This document shows positions 1 through 6,587 of a DNA stretch of 19,508 nucleotides, in pieces. Within the stretch, counting starts at the first letter, position 1. Each line of letters opens with the position of its first letter. Origin of the DNA: Myxococcota bacterium (GTDB taxonomy: Bacteria > Myxococcota > XYA12-FULL-58-9 > JALHOP01); the NCBI GenBank assembly GCA_041288095.1, contig JBGGMJ010000179.1, forward strand, positions 1 through 19,508, written 5' to 3'. A program made the position numbers and the translations under genes. Under the pieces are notes generated by a model that saw nothing but the letters and a program-made list of their open reading frames with translations, had not been told where the DNA came from and ran no database searches.

Positions 1-251
1 AGAGAGGGGCGCTCGGCGACCTCGGCAGTCTCGCCGGCACCGAGAAAACGAATGTCTTGGACCTTGCCGACGTTGACGCCGCTGACGCGGACCGGTCCGC
101 CCACTTGCAGCGCGCCGGTGTACCCGAAGTCGACGAGCAGGTCGTCACGCCGCGACAGGCTGAAGTCGCCGACCCACCACACGAGGGCCAGCAGCAAGAC
201 CGCCGCGATCGCCACGAAGGCGATGACTCGGGTTTTCAGCGCACGTGCCAT
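1..251 (-). CDS. mlaD: MlaD/MCE-family protein (3' end runs off the window)
   Basis: Not in the ORF track. Manual translation from the ATG at 251: MARALKTRVIAFVAIAAVLLLALVWWVGDFSLSRRDDLLVDFGYTGALQVGGPVRVSGVNVGKVQDIRF. It has an N-terminal TM helix plus the MCE motif (GL..G.PV...GV.VG.V..I) and lies 14 bp downstream of mlaF. Confidence 0.9.
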   Translation of the reverse strand, partial: MARALKTRVIAFVAIAAVLLLALVWWVGDFSLSRRDDLLVDFGYTGALQVGGPVRVSGVNVGKVQDIRFLGAGETAEVAERPS

Positions 252-265
252 TACCGCAAGACAGC

Positions 266-991
266 TCAGCCACGGGGGTGCATGAAGGTCGCCAAGACCT
301 CATCAGAAGTGGCGAACAATCCATCGGCGGAACCATCGTAACGGATGCGTCCTTCGTGCAAGAAGCTCACGTGATCCGCGGTGCTCCGGACGGACGTGAG
401 GTCATGGCTGACCACCATCGAGGTGAGTCCATGACGATGCGAGGTCTCCTGGATGAGGGCGTCGATGCGGCGGGCTGCGACTGGGTCGAGGCCGGTGGTC
501 GGCTCGTCGTACAGTATCGCACGGGGCTCGAGCGCCAAGGCACGCGCGATGGCGACCCGTTTTTGCGAGCCTTTTCCGAGCTCTGGGGGAAAACGCTCGA
601 GCATCTCGTCGGCGTGCACCGCGGCCAACGCCGCTCGCGCACGCTCCTTCGCCTCGGCGCCGGCCACCCTCATGCGCTTGGCGACGGGCATGGCGACGTT
701 TTCGAGCACGGTGAGGTGATCGAAGAGGGTCGCGTGCTGGAAGATGTACTGACAGCGCGCCCGAACCGCGACCAGCTCCTCCTCGGACAAGCCCGTGACC
801 TCGCGGCCCTCCACCAGAATGCGCCCCTTATCGGGGCGGATGAGGCCGATGATCGACTTGATGGTGACGCTCTTACCCGCACCGCTCATGCCCATGACGA
901 AGTGCACCTTGGCCTTCGCGACGGTGAAGGAGACGCCTTTGAGCACGGCGTTGTTATTGAACGACTTATGGATGTCGTCGAAGACGATCAT
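266..991 (-). CDS. mlaF: ABC transporter ATP-binding protein, MlaF/Mkl-like
   Basis: Walker A GMSGAGKS, Q-loop FQ, Walker B/D-loop ILYDEPTTGLDP and H-switch SHD are present. The signature is degenerate (LGKGS). Flanked by mlaE and mlaD. Confidence 0.92.
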   Translation of the reverse strand: MIVFDDIHKSFNNNAVLKGVSFTVAKAKVHFVMGMSGAGKSVTIKSIIGLIRPDKGRILVEGREVTGLSEEELVAVRARCQYIFQHATLFDHLTVLENVAMPVAKRMRVAGAEAKERARAALAAVHADEMLERFPPELGKGSQKRVAIARALALEPRAILYDEPTTGLDPVAARRIDALIQETSHRHGLTSMVVSHDLTSVRSTADHVSFLHEGRIRYDGSADGLFATSDEVLATFMHPRG

Positions 992-1725
992 GCCCGCGTG
1001 CTCATGAGGTAGACCTGACCAGCGGCGCCGATCACCAGATCGAGAAAGAGAACCGCGAGCGAGCCCCCGATCACCGCGGTCGTCGTCGCCTTGCCGACGC
1101 CGGGCGCCCCACCCCGCGCCGCGAAGCCCGAGGCGCAGGCGACGAGCGGGACTGCCCCACCGAAGGCGACCGCTTTGGCGACACCAACGACGATGTCCGA
1201 AACCTCGAGCATGCGGGCATTGAAGAAGGCCGGATAGCTGACGCCGAAGCCGGTGTGCGCGGCGACGGCACCGGCGACGAACGACAACGCGCCCATCGAC
1301 ACGACGAGCACCGGCATGCCGACGATGCCGCCGACGAAGCGCGGCATGACCAGGACCCGCACGGGCTCGGCGCCCGCCATGCGCAGCGCATCGATCTGCT
1401 CGGTGATCTGCATGGTGCCGATCTGCGCCGCTGCTCCTGCCCCGTAGCGGGCCGCCACCATGAGCGCGACGATGCTCGGGGCGAGCTCACGCACCAGCAG
1501 CTGCAAGAAGGTTGGTCCGATGAGCGCGAGGTCGCCGATCATGCGGAGGCTTTGCTCGGCGGACTGGACCGTCATGATGACGCCGACGCACCCCATGACC
1601 ACCGCGACGAAGAAGGCGCTCTTGTTCGCCAGCTCGTACGCCTCTTTGAACGCCGCCTTGTGGTCGGTGCCGCCGATGCCTCGCAGCACGCGGACCAAGA
1701 GCGCGATGACGTCGCCCACCTTCAT
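988..1725 (-). CDS. mlaE: MlaE-family ABC permease (copy 2)
   Basis: Motifs RELAP, AARYGAGAAAQIGTMQITEQIDALRM, PR and GVGKATT are typical of MlaE; multiple TM segments; ATGA overlaps with both neighbours. Confidence 0.93.
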   Translation of the reverse strand: MKVGDVIALLVRVLRGIGGTDHKAAFKEAYELANKSAFFVAVVMGCVGVIMTVQSAEQSLRMIGDLALIGPTFLQLLVRELAPSIVALMVAARYGAGAAAQIGTMQITEQIDALRMAGAEPVRVLVMPRFVGGIVGMPVLVVSMGALSFVAGAVAAHTGFGVSYPAFFNARMLEVSDIVVGVAKAVAFGGAVPLVACASGFAARGGAPGVGKATTTAVIGGSLAVLFLDLVIGAAGQVYLMSTRA

Positions 1726-2474
1726 GGGAAGAGCACCGTGATGACGTAGTCCGCGAAGAAAATGCCGATGGCCGAGGCGACCACCTGCGAGTTCACGGCG
1801 CGGCCGACCCCGGCCGAGTCGCGGCTCGCGTTCAAGCCGTAGTGGGTGGCGATGATGGCGATGAAAAAGCCGAACGCCGCCGCCTTGGCGACGCCCATGA
1901 GCACGTCGACGGCGCCAAGCGCGGTATCGAGACTGCGGAAGAAGTGCGCCGCGTCGAGACCGAGGACGATCTTGGCGGTGAGCGCCCCACTGGCGATGGC
2001 GATGAGGTCGCCGAAGATCACCAGCGCGACCAGGCTCACCGTCATGCTGATGACCCGCGGCACGATGAGCAGCTCGTAGACGTCGAGAGCCAACACCTTC
2101 AATGCATCGAGCTGCTCCGTCGCCCGCATGCTGGCGAGCTCGCTCGCGTGGCGCGCGCCGACGCGGCCGCTGAACATCAGTCCGATCATCACCGGTCCGA
2201 TTTCGCGGAAGGTCGCAAAGCCCGTGTACCAGCCGACGAGATCGTAGATGCCGAGCTGCTGCACGTAGAACGCGCCCTGGAGCACCATGATGGCGCCGGT
2301 GAACGCGGCGGTGAGGGCCACGATGGGGATCGACGCTTCACCGAATTCGACGAACGAGCGCAGCAGCTCCGCCCCGTCGAGGCGCGGCGGGAAGAGCCTT
2401 TGCGCCACGCGTCCCGACACCGCCGCGGTTCCAGTGAGGTCAGAGACCAAGCCCACGCGGCCTTGTACCGTCAC
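1722..2474 (-). CDS. mlaE: MlaE-family ABC permease (copy 1)
   Basis: Motifs REIGPV, GRVGARHASELASMRATEQLDAL, PR and GVGRAVN. Start reassigned to the GTG at 2474 (GTGA overlap with the upstream stop); the track's extension to 2819 lies inside the upstream gene. Confidence 0.9.
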   Translation of the reverse strand: MTVQGRVGLVSDLTGTAAVSGRVAQRLFPPRLDGAELLRSFVEFGEASIPIVALTAAFTGAIMVLQGAFYVQQLGIYDLVGWYTGFATFREIGPVMIGLMFSGRVGARHASELASMRATEQLDALKVLALDVYELLIVPRVISMTVSLVALVIFGDLIAIASGALTAKIVLGLDAAHFFRSLDTALGAVDVLMGVAKAAAFGFFIAIIATHYGLNASRDSAGVGRAVNSQVVASAIGIFFADYVITVLFP

Positions 2475-3361
2475 CAGAAGTCGTAGGCGAGGCCGACCGA
2501 GAGATAGGCACCTTCGTCGTGCGCGCCGTTGAGGGCGTTCACCACGGGCATGCGCACCGCCGCGTAGAGCAGCCAGTCGCTGAAAGGCGAAAACAGCGCC
2601 TCGGCGGTCGCCAAGCCGATGAACCCGCCGCTGTCCGCCGCGACGGATCCGGCCTCGAGGGCGGTAGTGTCGGTGCGCGTATCGATACCAGCCCGGAGCG
2701 CCAGCGAGGGGATGAGCTGGTACTGGAGCGCGGTGGTGCTGCGCAGCGAGCGCGAGGCCCGATACCCCTGCTCGCCCTTGGTCGCGTAAACGCCGGTGAC
2801 GCTCGCGTAGAAGGACCACGGATCGGCGAAGAACGCATAGGCAATGCCCAAGCCGGGATCGACGGAGCCGGTGCCCGGCTGCAGCTCGATGGGCAGGAGC
2901 GCGCCGTCGGCGCCGCGCTGGAGCCGCGCGGTCGGCAGCTTGACGCTGCCGATGAGCGCGACCAGGTGCGCCGGCACGAACGCGTCGTCTTGGTAGACGA
3001 ACGCCTTGGCGCGCAGCTCGATCTCGCCGAGAGCGGTGGTGTCGCGCCGCGCCAGATTCACGTAGCGCACGGTGCGCCTGAGCGCCGGGACGTCGACCAT
3101 GAACAACAGGCGATCGAGCGGCGCCCAGATGAGCTGCGCGTCGAGCCTTTGCTCCTCGAGGCGCTGCTCGTTGAAACCCGCCGTGCCGACGGCGTCACTC
3201 CGGTGGCGCAGCTCCAGCGCCGCCCGTAGACGCCCCGCGTAGGGCTTCTCGCTGCCCATGACCGTGAGCGTCATGTCGCCGCAGCTGCACGTCGAGCAGG
3301 CCCAGACCGCCCCGTGGGCGATGAAGACGCCTGCGAACGCGAGAGCGGCGATTGCTTTCAT
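2471..3361 (-). CDS. Putative outer-membrane beta-barrel transporter (Phenol_MetA_deg-like) with N-terminal CxxCxC
   Basis: ATG at 3361 (ATGA overlap with the upstream stop). Signal peptide MKAIAALAFAGVFIAHGAVWA followed by CSTCSCGD; alternating amphipathic strands; QPGTGSVD motif; aromatic C-terminal beta-signal YLSVGLAYDFW. Confidence 0.75.
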   Translation of the reverse strand: MKAIAALAFAGVFIAHGAVWACSTCSCGDMTLTVMGSEKPYAGRLRAALELRHRSDAVGTAGFNEQRLEEQRLDAQLIWAPLDRLLFMVDVPALRRTVRYVNLARRDTTALGEIELRAKAFVYQDDAFVPAHLVALIGSVKLPTARLQRGADGALLPIELQPGTGSVDPGLGIAYAFFADPWSFYASVTGVYATKGEQGYRASRSLRSTTALQYQLIPSLALRAGIDTRTDTTALEAGSVAADSGGFIGLATAEALFSPFSDWLLYAAVRMPVVNALNGAHDEGAYLSVGLAYDFW

Positions 3362-4029
3362 TGCACCAAGACTTGCGCCGAGACGCGGAACCCCGCGGCA
3401 AGTCCGTCGATGATGTCCGCCGCGGCGGTCACTGAATCGAAGTCGACCGCGTCGAAGGTGGCGCTGGTATCGAGTGACAACGTCACGGTGGCGCTTGCAT
3501 CGGCGTCCGTGAGCTCGAGGGGGCTTACGAACGTAAGGCGGGCATGACCGTTGGCCGCGCTGCTGACGGCGAACGACGTATCCTGGTGCTCGCCGCTGAC
3601 GCGCAGGCTGCGGCCGACCATGTCCTGATCCGGGAGGCGCACGGCGTCGTCGTCCGCCGGACCGATCGATAGGTTCATGGCGCAATAGCGGTCGGGCGGC
3701 GGCTCGAGCGTACCGACGTCGATGCCCGCGCGCGCGCCGGCGATGGCCACGACCACTGGGACAGCGAGGCTCGTCGGGCTCGACGCACCGTGCGCGAAAG
3801 CGGACGGCAGCGGATTGATGGCGCGCCACAACGTCGCGGCGACGCTCTCGCACGGCTCGAGCGCGAAGCCAACCACGGTGACGTAGCTGGGGTCGAGCAC
3901 GACGTTGGTCGCCACCGATTGGGGCATGGTCTGGCTGTCGATCTCGACGTGAACCTGGATGCCTGCGCCCTCGCCGTCATCGACGCAGGCCACGGCCACC
4001 AGCAGGAGAGGAAGCAGCGAGTGTCTCAT
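3358..4029 (-). CDS. Hypothetical lipoprotein, beta-rich, possibly MbnP/DUF4382-like
   Basis: Signal peptide with lipobox-like LVAVA-C15; GAGGG upstream of the ATG; protein-like composition; internal AFAH motif and two more Cys. The family guess is weak. Confidence 0.7.
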   Translation of the reverse strand: MRHSLLPLLLVAVACVDDGEGAGIQVHVEIDSQTMPQSVATNVVLDPSYVTVVGFALEPCESVAATLWRAINPLPSAFAHGASSPTSLAVPVVVAIAGARAGIDVGTLEPPPDRYCAMNLSIGPADDDAVRLPDQDMVGRSLRVSGEHQDTSFAVSSAANGHARLTFVSPLELTDADASATVTLSLDTSATFDAVDFDSVTAAADIIDGLAAGFRVSAQVLVQ

Positions 4030-4084
4030 CGCAGCGCCCTCTAGCGGGCCGGGCGCGATTCGTCCAATGCGGCAAGATGTCTCA

Positions 4085-4459
4085 TCAACCGAGGATGGCG
4101 CGGTCTGCTTCGCACAACGGGAGCGCCGCGCGTTGGGCCTCGGAGACCCAGGCGACGGTTTGGCCGTCGAGAGCGCGCGGCTCGCCGTGACGTCGCGCTC
4201 GATAGACGATCAGCAGGACCGTGAGGTCGCCATACGCGTGCTGGTGGCGGCCAAGCTCGGCGCCGACGTCGACCGTCACGTCGAGCTCTTCCGCGAGCTC
4301 GCGCCGCAGTGCTTCGGCGTCGGTCTCGCCGGCGTCGACCTTACCGCCGGGCAGCTCCCATAGGCCGCCTCGCGCCTTGTGGAGGGGCCGCTGCTGCATC
4401 AGCACCCGCCCCTCTTCCTCGATGTAGGCGGCGACCACGCGTGTTACGCTGCCGGACAT
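4085..4459 (-). CDS. Nudix hydrolase, MutT/NudG-like (d)NTP pyrophosphohydrolase
   Basis: Nudix box WELPGGKVDAGETDAEALRRELAEELDV, N-terminal VVAA and C-terminal LCEAD. Start is the ATG at 4459 or the GTG at 4438. Confidence 0.88.
   Translation of the reverse strand: MSGSVTRVVAAYIEEEGRVLMQQRPLHKARGGLWELPGGKVDAGETDAEALRRELAEELDVTVDVGAELGRHQHAYGDLTVLLIVYRARRHGEPRALDGQTVAWVSEAQRAALPLCEADRAILG
4442..4450 (+). promoter_or_regulatory. Putative extended -10 promoter (TGnTACGCT) for a leaderless transcript
   Basis: TG-T-TACGCT lies 7 nt before the ATG at 4458; no Shine-Dalgarno sequence is present. Confidence 0.5.
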
Positions 4460-4910
4460 GCCCTGCAGCGATATCACCGAGATCTTCGAGGCACACCTCG
4501 ATTTCGACGATCGCCTGCTCGGCTACTCGCTGCGCAAGCGCACCTGCGGCGCCGCCATCGGCAGCACCGACCTGATGGCCGAGTTGTTCGTCGGCAAAGA
4601 CGTCGCGACCCTGCTCGCCCTGCCCCACGACCACGTCGGCGCCTTCACCGGCGACGTCGGGGACGCCGAGTTCCTGCCGGTGAAGCACTTCGCGGCCATG
4701 CAGGCGGCGCTGTCGGCCTATAGCGGCGCCACGGGGAGCTCGCCCGCGGATGCCTGCACGATCGCCGCGCTCGACGTCGCCCCGGACGGGGTGCGAATCA
4801 CCGCCCACGTCGCCATCGAGGCCGTCGTCAAAGCCATTCGTTCCTGTGGCAATTGCGGGTCCTGCGGCTCCCACGAGAAATCGAGGGGTTCCCTGCCGGT
4901 CGTCGGCTAA
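4458..4910 (+). CDS. Cys-rich hypothetical protein, IscU/NifU_N-like with C-terminal CxxCxxC
   Basis: PCSD...TCGAAIGSTDLMAELFVGK...LPVKH...QAALSAY aligns by eye with IscU PACGD...GCGSAIASSSL.TEWVKGK...LPPVK.HC...KAAIADY. Ends in CGNCGSC. GC3-rich codons. Confidence 0.7.
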   Translation: MPCSDITEIFEAHLDFDDRLLGYSLRKRTCGAAIGSTDLMAELFVGKDVATLLALPHDHVGAFTGDVGDAEFLPVKHFAAMQAALSAYSGATGSSPADACTIAALDVAPDGVRITAHVAIEAVVKAIRSCGNCGSCGSHEKSRGSLPVVG

Positions 4911-4961
4911 CGATTCGATGCATTGCCAACGTCGCCTGGAACCGTGTACGACCCGGGCGGT

Positions 4962-5558
4962 ATGGACGGCGACGTTCCTTCGACACCGCGCCAATTGCTC
5001 GAGAATCTCCTCGGCCAAGGCATGGTGATGGTCACTATCGATGCCCGATCGGATGGCGCCGTGGTGCCGCGTCAATTCGAACGCGACCCACAGCTGCGCT
5101 TGAACCTTTCGTACCGCTTCGGCCTGCCCATCGCCGTCGACGAGTGGGGCGTGCGCGCCCGTCTCACCTTTTCTGGGGTGCCGTTCGATTGCGAGCTGCC
5201 CTGGTCGTCCATCTACATGATCGTCTCGCACGTCACCGGCCAGCCATTCCTGTTCCCGGAGCACGTGCCGCAGGAGCTCATGCAGCTGGCGACGCAGATG
5301 CGCGGCGACGGTCAGCTGCCGGATCAACCCAAGAAGCCAAAGTTGACCGTGGTCGCCAGCGGCGACGAGGCACCGGAGCCCGTCGAAGAGCACCCGCCGG
5401 CCAACGCCGCGGTCGAGCTCGAAAGCGCGGAGGACGTGGATCTCACCGACGACATCGCCAAGAGCGGTGACGAGGTCGCGGTCGAAAACGAGCTCGAGAG
5501 CGAGCCGCCGCCCCCCAGGACGCCGCCGCGCCGCGGCCACCTGCGCGTCGTCAAATGA
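4962..5558 (+). CDS. sspB: ClpXP protease specificity-enhancing factor SspB
   Basis: SspB core (VMVTIDAR..VVP..LNLS..LTFSG.PFDCELPWSSI), acidic linker and C-terminal ClpX-binding tail HLRVVK. The ATG at 4962 is preferred over the TTG at 4923. Confidence 0.88.
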   Translation: MDGDVPSTPRQLLENLLGQGMVMVTIDARSDGAVVPRQFERDPQLRLNLSYRFGLPIAVDEWGVRARLTFSGVPFDCELPWSSIYMIVSHVTGQPFLFPEHVPQELMQLATQMRGDGQLPDQPKKPKLTVVASGDEAPEPVEEHPPANAAVELESAEDVDLTDDIAKSGDEVAVENELESEPPPPRTPPRRGHLRVVK

Positions 5559-6511
5559 GCAACGAGGTTCGCTGGCTCGAGGTCGAGCTCGAGGTTTTGG
5601 CTCCCGAAGCCGAGGATTTCTCGGCTGCGCTATTCGAGATCGGCGCCTCGGGGGTACAGATCATCGACGACACGCCGGCCAACGTCGAAGAAGCCCTGCC
5701 CGACGCCCCACCGCCGCGCCATGCACACTATCGCGGACACGCGCTGCTCATCGCCACCTTCGAAGGCGAGGTCGAGGAAGGCGCCGTCACGCGCGCCATC
5801 ACCGAGCTCGCGTCGGACCTAGGCGTGCTCGTCGCGCCCGAGACCTTGGTCACGCGCTGGCGCAACGACACCGGCTGGGCCGAGGCGTGGAAGGCGTATT
5901 TCGATCCGCTGCAGATCGGCCAGCGGCTCTGGATCGTTCCGACCTGGCGGCCCGACTTCGTTCCCCCCGAGGGTGCCCTCGTGCTGCGCATGGATCCGGG
6001 CATGGCTTTCGGCACCGGCCAGCATGCGACCACCAGCGGCTGTCTCGAGCTCCTAGTCGACGAAGGCATTGCGACCCGCGCCGGCGGCGCCGTCCTCGAC
6101 GTCGGCTGCGGCTCGGGAGTGCTGGGCGTCGTTTGCGCGCAGCTGGGCGCCGGCCACGTGCTCGGCGTCGACATCGACGAGGCGGCGGTCAAGGCGACCC
6201 TCGAGAACGCCCGCTTGAACGGCGTCGGCCCGCGCGTGCGCGCCGAGACCACGGCGCTGGCGAGCGTGCCCGGCACCTTCAGCCTGGTGCTCGCCAACAT
6301 CCTCGCCGTCACTCTCGAGGAGCTCGCCGACGAGCTCCTTGCCCACACCGATCGGGGTGGGACGCTCATGCTCTCGGGCATCCTGCACGAGCAGGCCCCG
6401 CACGTTCGCGAGCACTTCCAGGCACGCGCGCAGGCGGCGGGCCGGCGGCTCGACGCGGTCGGCATGCGCGAGCGCGGTGACTGGGTGAGCTTCGCCTTGC
6501 GGGTCACCTGA
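5555..6511 (+). CDS. prmA: 50S ribosomal protein L11 methyltransferase
   Basis: WAEAWKAYF, IVPTW, MDPGMAFGTGQHATT, VLDVGCGSGVL, ANILA and LSGIL; ATGA overlap with sspB. Confidence 0.95.
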   Translation: MSNEVRWLEVELEVLAPEAEDFSAALFEIGASGVQIIDDTPANVEEALPDAPPPRHAHYRGHALLIATFEGEVEEGAVTRAITELASDLGVLVAPETLVTRWRNDTGWAEAWKAYFDPLQIGQRLWIVPTWRPDFVPPEGALVLRMDPGMAFGTGQHATTSGCLELLVDEGIATRAGGAVLDVGCGSGVLGVVCAQLGAGHVLGVDIDEAAVKATLENARLNGVGPRVRAETTALASVPGTFSLVLANILAVTLEELADELLAHTDRGGTLMLSGILHEQAPHVREHFQARAQAAGRRLDAVGMRERGDWVSFALRVT

Positions 6512-6571
6512 CACGGACGTCCGCTAGAGCGGACATGGGTGCGTGTAGGCGTGCTACCGGCGTCGGGGGCG

Positions 6572-6580
6572 TGGTAATAT
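6572..6580 (+). promoter_or_regulatory. Putative extended -10 promoter (TGnTAATAT) for a leaderless transcript
   Basis: TG-G-TAATAT lies 7 nt before the ATG at 6588; an AT-rich hexamer in a GC-rich context; no Shine-Dalgarno sequence. Confidence 0.55.
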
Positions 6581-6587
6581 CCCCGGC

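Noticed and set aside
245..1012. 255-aa plus-strand ORF
   Set aside because: Antisense shadow of mlaF with no motifs; long shadow ORFs are expected at high GC.
2475..3853. Long Arg-rich N-terminal extensions of track ORFs 1722..2819 and 2471..3853
   Set aside because: They run inside upstream genes in another frame; coupled starts at 2474 and 3361 fit family lengths and the signal peptide.
4875..4875. Radical SAM or RiPP interpretation of the CGNCGSC motif ending near here
   Set aside because: Spacing is CxxCxxC rather than CxxxCxxC, the protein is too short, and no precursor or maturase genes are nearby.
4341..5540. 399-aa minus-strand ORF
   Set aside because: Antisense to the IscU-like gene and sspB, with shadow-type composition.
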